64,000 nt of DNA from Desulfosudaceae bacterium (GTDB lineage Bacteria; Desulfobacterota; Desulfobacteria; Desulfobacterales; Desulfosudaceae). Shown here one piece after another: positions 9,769 through 19,097 of the stretch. The position numbers were made by a program, and so were the translations under genes. The notes beneath the pieces were generated by a model. It did not search any database and was not told the DNA's origin. It was given only the letters and a program-made list of their open reading frames with translations. Each line of letters begins with the position of its first letter. The first letter of the stretch is position 1. Location of the stretch: NCBI GenBank assembly GCA_963674745.2, contig CAXXDV010000001.1, forward strand, positions 2,560,001 to 2,624,000. The letters run 5' to 3'.

Positions 9769-10458
9769 ATGGCCGATAAATATACCAGGCCGACTGACTA
9801 TCTTGACAGCGAACACCCGGCGGTGGTGTCTTTTGCCCTTGATGCCGCAGGAAGCGCCCCTTCAGAACGGGAACGCGCCGTCAACCTTTATTACGCTGTC
9901 AGAGACGGTGTACGTTATAACCCCTATGCCTTTACCATGGACCGGGAAAAATACAAGGCCAGCTACACGCTGGCGGCCGGTGAGGGGTTCTGCGTTCAGA
10001 AAGCCGTTCTTCTGGGCGCGGTGGCGCGTGCGGCCGGTATCCCGGCACGGTTGGGATTTGCCAACGTCAGAAACCATCTGGCCACAGAGCGTTTGAAAAC
10101 ATTGATGGGAACCGATCTGTTCGTTTTTCACGGCTACACGGAATTGTTCATTAACGACAGGTGGGTCAAAGCGACTCCTGCTTTTAATCTCAGCCTGTGT
10201 GAAAAGTTCGATACGCGCCCCCTTGAGTTTGACGGCCTTTCAGATTCAATTTTTCATCCCTATGATAATAACGGCCGGCAGCACATGGAATACGTCCATG
10301 ATTATGGCGCGTTTGATGATTTTCCGTTTGAGAAAATGCTCGAAGAGTTTCGTCGTTACTACACGACCTGGTTTAATGACGATGTCAGTATCGATTTTGA
10401 CGCAATCGGCGGTGATTTTGAAAAAGAAAGGGCGCAGGACATCGAACCCAAATCCTGA
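9769..10458 (+). CDS. Transglutaminase-like domain protein
   Basis: YYAVRD..RY, GFCVQKA (Cys), GIPAR, HGY.E, WVKATP. Confidence 0.85.
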   Translation: MADKYTRPTDYLDSEHPAVVSFALDAAGSAPSERERAVNLYYAVRDGVRYNPYAFTMDREKYKASYTLAAGEGFCVQKAVLLGAVARAAGIPARLGFANVRNHLATERLKTLMGTDLFVFHGYTELFINDRWVKATPAFNLSLCEKFDTRPLEFDGLSDSIFHPYDNNGRQHMEYVHDYGAFDDFPFEKMLEEFRRYYTTWFNDDVSIDFDAIGGDFEKERAQDIEPKS

Positions 10459-10515
10459 TTTTTAGAGATACCCTGATGACATATCCGGGCTATCCCCTTA
10501 TTCGTCTATGGCTTA

Positions 10516-12114
10516 TCAGCTGTTATCGGGACAATGGCCGTCCCGCAGAAGGTCGAACAGCGTCTTTACCGGATTGAATGCGTTCGGAGGCAGTTCGACG
10601 AATACCGTATGCCAGAAAGCCATGGCACCGTTCCACAGGCCGGGGTGCTCCAGCGCTTTCAAATTCCGGCCATCCTTTGATTTCTCCGTGATGATGCCTG
10701 CCATGGGGTCGGCGTAGTTCTTAAGCTGAAACGGTCGGCCTGAAAAATCCCGGACCGCGCAGGCGAGAATAACCGGGTTGAAGTGGGTGGATGACTGCCA
10801 TATCTCTTTCTGCCCGGGGGCGGTCATATCCACCTGGGCCGATTCAATAATCTGGGCGCTGATGTTACCCCGGCCGTCTTTGACCCAGAAGGGGCCTCCT
10901 CCGGGTTCGCCGACGTTTTTAACCACGCCGCAGACGCGCAACGGACGGTTCAAAAGAGTCAACAGTTTCTGCCTCGCCGCCTCAGTATCACACCCCTGTA
11001 AAATGTCGGCCTGGGGCAAGTTCAGATATTCAGATGTCCGGGCCGCGATTTCTTCAATGGTGCTTTTCTCCGGGTTTTCGTCTTGCAGGCGTTCAATCAG
11101 TGAGAACAGGCCTTTCTGCAGTTTTACCAGCAGGCCGCCCATCGCGGTCAGGGCCGGGCCGGTTTCCTGCCTGACGGTTTTCTTAGCGATGTTATCAATG
11201 TTTTTAATAAACAGAATATCACCCTGGAGGTTGTCCATATTTTTCAGCAATGCGCCATGGCCTCCGGGGCGGAAAACAAGCCGCCCGTTTCGATCTCTGA
11301 ACAGCGTGTTATCGCTGGCCGCGGCAATGGTATCAGTCGACGGATGCTGGGTGGAAAACGTCACTTCAGGTATGATTCCGGTTTGTTTGGTGATGACTTC
11401 CACGGCGTGCTGAAGATGCGCTTTGATGGCCTGTTTGTGCTGCGGGGCAACCGTAAAATGGACCCGGCAGCCTTTTTTGCGATTGGAGAACAGTTCGACT
11501 GCTTCTGCCAGATGTTCTTCAAAGGCGGTCCGGGCGAACGCGGTGGCGCTTGTTTCGTTCTTATACCGGTGGAACGGGATTAATCCTTTTGGTAAATTGG
11601 CAAAATTCAGGCCTTTGGGGGTCAGCAGATATTCCAGGACAGCGGCATGGCCACCCGTCTCGATCATCCCCCGGCAGTTCAACCCGTCTTTGGCCATGGA
11701 TTTGACCAGGGCGTCATAACAGGCAAAACGGCTGATGTTGTTAATGAGTTCGGTCATGCTTTTGTCTGAGGAAAGGTCACTTTTATCTGAGTGATGCCAG
11801 GCGGCAATCAGATCCTTGAACATTCGGGTGGCAGCGCCGGAGGCCGGGACGAATTTGGTGACCCGGCCGCTATGAACGGCCTGTCTGAAAGTGGTGGCCA
11901 GCTCTTTTGCATCAGCGGCCGTAATTGTCAGAACACCATTGCCTACGGTGCAAGGCAACATCAGCTCCGGGGTAAAAACCCCCGATTTAAACAACTTGAG
12001 TTGTTCGGTGATGACCTTCGGCGTCAACCCGTGAGCCTTAATATCTTCCAGATCCTCTTTACTGAAGGTGCTTTTATTCATATCGTATTCGGCAGCCGGT
12101 AAACAGTTATTCAA
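10516..12114 (-). CDS. DUF4301-family protein (UDP-sugar pyrophosphorylase-like motifs)
   Basis: KFVPASGAATRMFK, PKGLIPFH, FRPGGHGALL, IKNIDN, GEPGGGPFW, HFNPV, PGLWNGAM, FNPVKT. The start could be the later ATG (MNKST). Confidence 0.8.
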   Translation of the reverse strand: MNNCLPAAEYDMNKSTFSKEDLEDIKAHGLTPKVITEQLKLFKSGVFTPELMLPCTVGNGVLTITAADAKELATTFRQAVHSGRVTKFVPASGAATRMFKDLIAAWHHSDKSDLSSDKSMTELINNISRFACYDALVKSMAKDGLNCRGMIETGGHAAVLEYLLTPKGLNFANLPKGLIPFHRYKNETSATAFARTAFEEHLAEAVELFSNRKKGCRVHFTVAPQHKQAIKAHLQHAVEVITKQTGIIPEVTFSTQHPSTDTIAAASDNTLFRDRNGRLVFRPGGHGALLKNMDNLQGDILFIKNIDNIAKKTVRQETGPALTAMGGLLVKLQKGLFSLIERLQDENPEKSTIEEIAARTSEYLNLPQADILQGCDTEAARQKLLTLLNRPLRVCGVVKNVGEPGGGPFWVKDGRGNISAQIIESAQVDMTAPGQKEIWQSSTHFNPVILACAVRDFSGRPFQLKNYADPMAGIITEKSKDGRNLKALEHPGLWNGAMAFWHTVFVELPPNAFNPVKTLFDLLRDGHCPDNS

Positions 12115-13429
12115 TTATCGAAAAGGTCGCCCCTCCCTTGGGAAATACGGCAACGCTGGCCCGGGGCCCCAGTCGTTTTGCCCCGGCGTTGATGACGTCC
12201 TGGGGCGTGCCGGTATATCCTTCAAAAAAGAAAAGCGCCTTTATGGTTTCTGTTGTCAGGGACGGCACAAAAAGCAGAACTTCATACTGCCGAATCAGCT
12301 GCATGGTGTAATAATAAAGGAATCGTTCTTCTTCGTTTAACCCCTTTCTGGTCATGTTCAGGAATGTGTAAACCCGGGAAGGTCCGATAATTCGCAGGAT
12401 TTTTTTCACCAGCGGCAGGGGCAGCGGCGGTTTTTTCGGCATGGGGATATCGTCCAGGCCTCTTTCCGCCCTTAGAAATCCCATGACCGTGCCACCCGGT
12501 TTGAGGGCCGGCAGGGCGTTTCCCACACATTTCATGCTCTGCTTGAAATTAATATCCATGGGATGAGCGTTGACGATAATTCCGTCCACCTGCCTGTCCA
12601 GCATCAACCCCGAGTGGCGCTGGTTAAAGCGGACACCCTCACGGTGGGCGGCAACAGGGTCACCCGCGAAACAGGCGATGATGCTTCCCTGGTGATTCAG
12701 GGCGACGTTAAGGCAGAAGATATCGGCCGTGATCATCTGCCGGCATTCTTCAAGATCCAGGCGGAAAGAATTTTTATCCGGCAACATGCCGACCCGATTA
12801 GGCTGGTAGGGCGGTTCGGTAAGAATTTCGTGGTGTTTCCCGATGGTCTCGGCTGATGCCACGCCAGGCAGGATGTTTTTCATGCCGCCCCCGAATCCGG
12901 CCATCAGGTGCGGCTCGATCAATCCGATGAGCACGATAAAATCAGCGTCCCGGAGATGGCGGTTCAGATAAACCGGGGTGCCACGGCGTGTTTTGCCCAT
13001 ATACACGTTAGCCTCGGGATCAAAGGCCCGGTGATTTTCCCAGGCAATACGGGACAGATTGTCTTTCCCTGTTTTTTCGGCCATTTCCGTTTCAGACATG
13101 GGGGTATGGATTCCCAGGGCGGGGATCATCAGCATATTGTCTGGTGTGCCCCCGGCCACAATCAGCGCATCCAGGATAAGGTGAAAAAAACGGTCGGCCG
13201 GTGTCGGACGGGTATTGTCATCCACAATAATGACGATTTTTTTGCCGGACAACCGTTTTTGGGACAAGGGCTCTGAGCCGACCGGCTGATGCAAAGCGTT
13301 GCTGACGATAGTTGCTTCGTCGTTCCCGTCGGCAGGCGGTGGGTCGAATGTTTCCGGGGTGATAACGTTCCAGGTGTCGGGCAGGTCCAGAGACAGTGTC
13401 GTTTCATCCCAGGGGAGTTCAATACGCAT
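12107..13429 (-). CDS. Nickel-pincer-dependent lactate racemase (LarA) family protein
   Basis: DDNTRPTP, ALGIH, ENH, G.TRRGTPV..N, IEPH..AGFGGGMK..LPGV motifs; GGAGG RBS. Confidence 0.85.
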   Translation of the reverse strand: MRIELPWDETTLSLDLPDTWNVITPETFDPPPADGNDEATIVSNALHQPVGSEPLSQKRLSGKKIVIIVDDNTRPTPADRFFHLILDALIVAGGTPDNMLMIPALGIHTPMSETEMAEKTGKDNLSRIAWENHRAFDPEANVYMGKTRRGTPVYLNRHLRDADFIVLIGLIEPHLMAGFGGGMKNILPGVASAETIGKHHEILTEPPYQPNRVGMLPDKNSFRLDLEECRQMITADIFCLNVALNHQGSIIACFAGDPVAAHREGVRFNQRHSGLMLDRQVDGIIVNAHPMDINFKQSMKCVGNALPALKPGGTVMGFLRAERGLDDIPMPKKPPLPLPLVKKILRIIGPSRVYTFLNMTRKGLNEEERFLYYYTMQLIRQYEVLLFVPSLTTETIKALFFFEGYTGTPQDVINAGAKRLGPRASVAVFPKGGATFSIIE

Positions 13430-13621
13430 GGATATCGCCTCAACTGATCTTTTAAGTTTGAATTTATTTGAATTTTACCAGCCACAGGCGATGGGGACAA
13501 GGATTATCAGACGGGATCTTCAATTTAGGCATGTCCGGATGGCGGTAAATTAACTTGACATGGCCGCTGGCCATATCATACCGTTTTCACATTTTAATAA
13601 CTTCAAAACATACCGGGCCCA

Positions 13622-14614
13622 ATGGTAACGTTTTCTTTAATTATTCCGGTCGCTCCGGGAAGAGAAGCGGAGATCCTTTCATCGATCCGCAGGCTTGACT
13701 ATCCTGAGTCGGCTTATGAAGTCGTGGTCGTCAGAGGAACCAACCCTTCTGCCAATCGAAACCGGGGGGCGGATCAGGCGCTGGGTGGTATTCTTGTTTT
13801 TCTGGATGACGATGCTTCTATTCCGACCGATTATCTTCAGCAGGCGGAGGCGTTTTTTGTAAAATATCCGGCGGTAGATATCGTCGGCGGCCCCCAACTG
13901 ACGTCGAAAGAGGACAAGTCTTTTTCAAAGATCAGCTGGTACGCGCTTTCTTCAATTTTCGGCGCCTGGAAAGTATCACACCGCTACTCGGTCAGAAGAA
14001 CCCGGCTCAATGTGGACGAGACAGCTGTTTCATCGGCCAATTTGCTTTGCCGGAAACAGGTCTTGGCGAGAACACGTTTTGACACGCGACTGTTCCCCGG
14101 AGAGGATCCTAAATTTATTGCAGATGCCAGAAAAGCGGGATTTAAGATCGCCTATTCGCCGAAAATTTTATTGTACCATCGCCGGAGGCCGACGCTGGGT
14201 AGGCTCGTGCAACAGGTTTTTACTTATGGCAAAACCAGACCGCAGAAAGAGACCATCCAGGAAACAATGAAAATGCCATTTTTTTTTGTCCCCACCCTGT
14301 TTCTTCTTTACCTGCTGACGCTTGGCTCTTTGATATTAATTAAACCACAACTTCCGGGAATAACCCTGACCAGAAGCAACGGGCTCATGGGGCTGTCCTC
14401 GACAGGGGCAATGGTTTTGTTTCCCCTCATGTCATACCTTTTATCAGCGGTTTTCTTCAGTATATATGATGCGGCCAAAAATCGGGACCATAAAGCCCTT
14501 TTTATCCTTCCTTTTATTTATCCGGCTATTCACCTGAGTTACGGATCGGGCATGCTCTGGGGTTATATACGTAAAATCAAATTTGGTCGGGTAACCGGAA
14601 TCCAAAGACATTAG
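13622..14614 (+). CDS. Glycosyltransferase family 2 with C-terminal TM helices
   Basis: FSLIIPV, ANRNRGA, FLDDDA (DxD), GED motif, hydrophobic C-terminus. Confidence 0.9.
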   Translation: MVTFSLIIPVAPGREAEILSSIRRLDYPESAYEVVVVRGTNPSANRNRGADQALGGILVFLDDDASIPTDYLQQAEAFFVKYPAVDIVGGPQLTSKEDKSFSKISWYALSSIFGAWKVSHRYSVRRTRLNVDETAVSSANLLCRKQVLARTRFDTRLFPGEDPKFIADARKAGFKIAYSPKILLYHRRRPTLGRLVQQVFTYGKTRPQKETIQETMKMPFFFVPTLFLLYLLTLGSLILIKPQLPGITLTRSNGLMGLSSTGAMVLFPLMSYLLSAVFFSIYDAAKNRDHKALFILPFIYPAIHLSYGSGMLWGYIRKIKFGRVTGIQRH

Positions 14615-14618
14615 TGTT

Positions 14619-16103
14619 ATGAAAATCCTAATAGGCTATCCGCCTTCCGAATCTCCAGGAGGCACACCGACATTGGGGCAGAACCGGCAATTCCAATGGT
14701 TTTCCAATCCCTGCCTGATATTTCCCGTGATAATGGCCGGTGCCGCAACCATGTTAAAGCAAAAGGGGCATGACGTTAAATGGGTTGATGCGGTGGCCGA
14801 AGGGCTGAACAAACAACAGTATTTTAAGATCATCCAAAATTACCAACCCGACCTTATCGCCTTTGAGACGAAAACACCGGTCATCAGGCAACACTGGTCG
14901 CTGATTAATGAAATAAAAGACCTCCTGCCCGACACCAGGGTGGTTGTTATGGGCGACCATGTCACGTTCAATCCCCGTGAGACAATGGAGAATTCCGCGG
15001 TTGATTATGTTTTGCGGGGTGGGAATTATGACTTTTCGCTAAGCTCCCTGGTCGACTATTTCGTCGGTTCAACGGATGCCATGCCTCCGGGATTTTTTTA
15101 CCGGGATTCAGGACGCATTGAATCAAGCGGAGAATTCAGGCTTGATCATGATCTGGACAAAGCCCCCCTGATTGATCGTGAACTTGCCAGATGGCGGCTT
15201 TATGACCGGGAATACAATTTGATGGGCAAACCCTATTTTTATATCATGAGCGGCCGGGATTGCTGGTGGGGAAAATGCCGTTTCTGTTCCTGGTCCCTCT
15301 TATATCCGGAATTCAGGCACAGAAGTGTGGGCAGTGTACTTGAAGAGATCGAACATCTGGTCGCGCGATATGGTGCCAGGGAAATATTCGATGACGCCGG
15401 GACAATGATGACCGGGGACTGGTTGAGGCAGTTGTGCCAGGGGCTGATCAAAAGAGACCTTAATAAAAAAGTATATTATTCATGCAATATGCGTTTTGGG
15501 ACGTTGAAACAGACGGATTACGATTTAATGAAAAAGGCGGGCTTCCGGTTGCTCAAATTCGGCCTGGAATCAGCCCGCCAGGAAACGCTCGACAGGCTGG
15601 GGAAAGGCTTTCGTGTGTCTGATATTGAAGACGGCTGCCGGATGGCGCATAAGGCCGGCCTGACCATTCATTTGACCATGATGGTCGGTTACCCATGGGA
15701 AACGAGAGATGATGCCATGAACACCTTTAAGCTCGCCGGGCGGTTGATGAAGAGCGGTCTGGCGGATCTGCTGCAGGCGACAGTTCTGATCCCTTATCCC
15801 GGCACCCCACTGTGGCATGAGGCCCGGGAAAAAGGCTGGTTCCTGTTTGATCATCTGGCCTATGAGCGGTATGACATGACGGAACCGGTTTTAAGAACAA
15901 AAGACGGGGATCCTGAGGCGGTGGCCCGGATTTGCGGCCGGATATATACGGTTTTTTTAAACCCCGTCTATATATACCGGCGGCTGTCACGGATCAGGTC
16001 TAAGGAATCGCTTCTGTTTCACTTAAGAGGTCTCAGGGCCGTCCGGGGACACCTGAACGATTTTTTGATCAGAAACAGGTTTATTAACCGTCATGTACAA
16101 TAA
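14619..16103 (+). CDS. B12-binding radical SAM protein (CX4CX2C variant)
   Basis: N-terminal cobalamin-binding-type domain; GRDCWWGKCRFC; GLES; MVGYPWET; PYPGT. Confidence 0.85.
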   Translation: MKILIGYPPSESPGGTPTLGQNRQFQWFSNPCLIFPVIMAGAATMLKQKGHDVKWVDAVAEGLNKQQYFKIIQNYQPDLIAFETKTPVIRQHWSLINEIKDLLPDTRVVVMGDHVTFNPRETMENSAVDYVLRGGNYDFSLSSLVDYFVGSTDAMPPGFFYRDSGRIESSGEFRLDHDLDKAPLIDRELARWRLYDREYNLMGKPYFYIMSGRDCWWGKCRFCSWSLLYPEFRHRSVGSVLEEIEHLVARYGAREIFDDAGTMMTGDWLRQLCQGLIKRDLNKKVYYSCNMRFGTLKQTDYDLMKKAGFRLLKFGLESARQETLDRLGKGFRVSDIEDGCRMAHKAGLTIHLTMMVGYPWETRDDAMNTFKLAGRLMKSGLADLLQATVLIPYPGTPLWHEAREKGWFLFDHLAYERYDMTEPVLRTKDGDPEAVARICGRIYTVFLNPVYIYRRLSRIRSKESLLFHLRGLRAVRGHLNDFLIRNRFINRHVQ

Positions 16104-17133
16104 GATAAAATATTCTTTTTTGAAGAACAGGCTGAAAACGCCGATTTATCTTATTTTTTTTGTTACCAGCAAGTGCAACGGGTCATGTCGGCACTGTTTT
16201 TATCACCAGGAGTTAAACAGTGCGGTTGATGACCTTTCCCTGGCGGAAATCGACACCTTTTCAAGCCGGATGGGAAAACTGGTCTGGTTGAGTTATTCCG
16301 GCGGCGAGCCGTTCTTAAGAGACGACCTGTATGAAACCTACCGGATATTTGTCAAAAATAATGCCGTCGACCATATTGCCATCCCAACCAACGGCATACT
16401 GACGGACCGGATTTATGACGTCTGCCGGCAAATCCTGGAGGACAACCGGGTCAGGTCGCTGACCCTTAACCTGTCCCTGGACGGTCCACTGGAAATACAT
16501 GAAAAAACCAGGGGTGCCGGGAGTTATGACCATCTGATCCGGACTTATCAGGCCCTTGCCCCTTTGAAAGAAAAGTATCAACAGTTCAGCATCATGGCCG
16601 CAACGATATTAACCCGGCAGAACTATGCTTATATAAACCAGCTTGATGAACAGATAAGGACGCAGATGCCCGGCGTGGATTATCATAATTTTGAAATTGC
16701 CAGAGGCTTTCCCCCGGATAACGGGTTTAGAGCACCTGGAACAGAAGAACTGAAGCAGATACGGGAAAAAATTTTTGCCGTATGGAAACGCTATGATTAT
16801 TATGCCTCTCCGCTTCAGGCCAGGATCGCCGACAGGGCCAAGAAAATACTTTATGATCAATATATTGATATCCTGGAGGGGGAAAAACAGCCCTGGCCCT
16901 GCCTGGCGGGTTCGGTTCACGCGGTAGTCGACTATAAAGGGGATGTGTCTTTCTGTGAAGGCCTGCCGGCGCTCGGCAACTTGCGAAAGCAGTCATTCCT
17001 TGATATCTGGGGGTCTGATGAGGCCGACACCTTGAGGTCGAAGGTTAAAAACAACTGTTCCTGCTGTCATTCCTGTTTTCAGATTACCAATCTGATTTTC
17101 TGCCATAAATACTGGCCCCGGCTGATAATATGA
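16093..17133 (+). CDS. Radical SAM protein with SPASM/twitch domain
   Basis: CNGSCRHC, SGGEPF, TNG, SLDG; C-terminal CLAG...FCE...CSCCHSC. Confidence 0.9.
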   Translation: MYNKIKYSFLKNRLKTPIYLIFFVTSKCNGSCRHCFYHQELNSAVDDLSLAEIDTFSSRMGKLVWLSYSGGEPFLRDDLYETYRIFVKNNAVDHIAIPTNGILTDRIYDVCRQILEDNRVRSLTLNLSLDGPLEIHEKTRGAGSYDHLIRTYQALAPLKEKYQQFSIMAATILTRQNYAYINQLDEQIRTQMPGVDYHNFEIARGFPPDNGFRAPGTEELKQIREKIFAVWKRYDYYASPLQARIADRAKKILYDQYIDILEGEKQPWPCLAGSVHAVVDYKGDVSFCEGLPALGNLRKQSFLDIWGSDEADTLRSKVKNNCSCCHSCFQITNLIFCHKYWPRLII

Positions 17134-17148
17134 AAGTGTCGTAAAGAT

Positions 17149-18234
17149 ATGAAGATTGTTGTTCTCTCATCCCTGGCACAAGACAGCGGCTGCCATCTGA
17201 GGGCGCGATATATGGCTGACGCCCTGAAGCCAATGGCTGATGTCCGGTACATGGAACCGTTGTCCAGGTCTTTACCGTTTATGGTGGATATGGCGCTTTC
17301 CGTACCTTACAACATCATCAGGGTTTTACTGTCGGACGGGGATGTGTATATCGGTATAAAACCGTTTCCTAATGTGACCCTGCCGCTGATCATCAAAAAG
17401 ATGCTGACCGGTAAAAAAATCGTAGTAGATATTGATGATTTTGACGCCGGTTACCGCAAAGGCTGGTTACGGGCGGTCAGTCACCTGGTTCAAAAACCGT
17501 TCCCTGCTTTTTTTGATTTGATTACCTATCACAACCAACGGCTTGGCCCCTATATTCAGCGGACTTTTTCCGTTAACGGCGAGCGGCTTTACCGGCTGGA
17601 GCAGGGGGTTGACACATCTGTATTTACGCCCGGGCGGTTTAATCGGAGGTTACGCCGACAGTTTCCGGAGAACCACAAAATTATCGTTTACACCGGGCAC
17701 TTGAACGCGGCTTCGGATCTGGAGAAGATCATCAGGGCCATGAAAATCGTTTTACAGGGTGTGCCGGCCACGTTTATCGTGGCCGGGGGCGGCCCTGATG
17801 AAAAGCGTTTTAGAGCATGCGCCCGAAAAGCCGGTGTACCTGTTCATTTTACCGGGCGGATCAGTAATATCCGGGCGGCTTCCTATGTCGCCATAGCGGA
17901 CATATGCCTTGTTTATTACAGGGATATTTCGGTAAATTGGTACAGGTCTTCCATGAAGTTGCGAGAATGCCTGGCCATGGACAAGAAAGTGGTTACGGAC
18001 AGCGTGGGGGAATTGAAACAATTTAAAGCGTATACGTACCAGGCAGAACCCGATATAGTCGCTTATGCCGAAAAGATAATAGCTGTCTTGACCGGTCCAA
18101 CGGATCAGCGGGAAAGGGCCGGTGGTGATTACATCAGGAATTCGTATGATTGGAAAACGCTGGGGAAGATGTTTTATAAAAGACTGGACCTGATCAGCGA
18201 CCCAAAACCATTTGATAGCCAGCAAAACGCATAA
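17149..18234 (+). CDS. Glycosyltransferase family 4
   Basis: VVDIDD, GVD...F, YTGHL, AGGG, FTGR, KLRECLA..KKVV. Confidence 0.85.
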   Translation: MKIVVLSSLAQDSGCHLRARYMADALKPMADVRYMEPLSRSLPFMVDMALSVPYNIIRVLLSDGDVYIGIKPFPNVTLPLIIKKMLTGKKIVVDIDDFDAGYRKGWLRAVSHLVQKPFPAFFDLITYHNQRLGPYIQRTFSVNGERLYRLEQGVDTSVFTPGRFNRRLRRQFPENHKIIVYTGHLNAASDLEKIIRAMKIVLQGVPATFIVAGGGPDEKRFRACARKAGVPVHFTGRISNIRAASYVAIADICLVYYRDISVNWYRSSMKLRECLAMDKKVVTDSVGELKQFKAYTYQAEPDIVAYAEKIIAVLTGPTDQRERAGGDYIRNSYDWKTLGKMFYKRLDLISDPKPFDSQQNA

Positions 18235-18346
18235 GCATGAATGATCCAGATAAAATATGATTGATCAAACCACCCTGGAGAGCGGCATCTTTTTAACAGA
18301 ATGCCTTCCAGAAACATTTAACGGAATTTTCAAGGGGTAAACGGGA

Positions 18347-19078
18347 TTGGATGAAAAAAATCGAAACAGTAGCATAAAGCGTCGTATCGATTTTATAAAG
18401 ACGCATCCTGTCTGGCGATCTCAATATACCGTTTTTGTGAAGGCTGTTTCGCAATTGCAGATTCCGCCGGAATCAACCGGCCTGTCTGTTTCCTGTGGAG
18501 ACGGGACCTGGGATTTTTTGGCTGTTTCCTCTAATCATAACCTGGACCGCCTTATCGCCACCGATGTGACTGATTGCCCTGTCAGCAAGGTGGATGTAAA
18601 AATGCTGCAGACAAAGACCGCCTGGTCTTTTCATCGGGTAGAACCGGACACTGTATTGCCCGTCGATGATGATTGCTGCCAACTGGTTCTTCACCAGGAT
18701 GTACTTGAGCATACAACAAAGCCTTTTCTGCTCTTGAAGGAGAATCACAGGGTTTTGAGGCAGGGTGGATTTCTTCTGTGCGGCACGCCGAACATCTTTC
18801 GCCCGGCGAACATAGCAAAGCTTCTAATCGGAAAATTGAGTTTCCCGTGTGTTCTGCCTCGAGATGTTTCGGTAATGTCTGGCGGTATGACGCATGTTCA
18901 GGAATTTAACCAATATCAGTTACGAACGATGCTGGAGGAAAGCGGATTTAAGGTTTTGTCTATGATTCATTGTTTTTTCGGGATCAGTTTTTTCAAAGTC
19001 AACTTTTGTGATTTTCCGAACGGCAACCTGGGCAGAAATTTATGCCAATATATTTTTTGTGTTGCACAAAAATGTTAA
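18347..19078 (+). CDS. Class I SAM-dependent methyltransferase
   Basis: SVSCGDG (degenerate motif I), DVLEH, RVLRQGG..L..TPN, H..EF; TTG start. Confidence 0.75.
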   Translation: MDEKNRNSSIKRRIDFIKTHPVWRSQYTVFVKAVSQLQIPPESTGLSVSCGDGTWDFLAVSSNHNLDRLIATDVTDCPVSKVDVKMLQTKTAWSFHRVEPDTVLPVDDDCCQLVLHQDVLEHTTKPFLLLKENHRVLRQGGFLLCGTPNIFRPANIAKLLIGKLSFPCVLPRDVSVMSGGMTHVQEFNQYQLRTMLEESGFKVLSMIHCFFGISFFKVNFCDFPNGNLGRNLCQYIFCVAQKC

Positions 19079-19097
19079 TGGCGCGTGCTTCATTTTT

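Noticed and set aside
13555..13579. TTGACA followed by the ATGGCC-GCT-GGCCAT palindrome as a promoter/operator for the GT2 operon
   Set aside because: The best -10 candidate (TATCAT) is only 13 nt away, and 6-bp arms can arise by chance.
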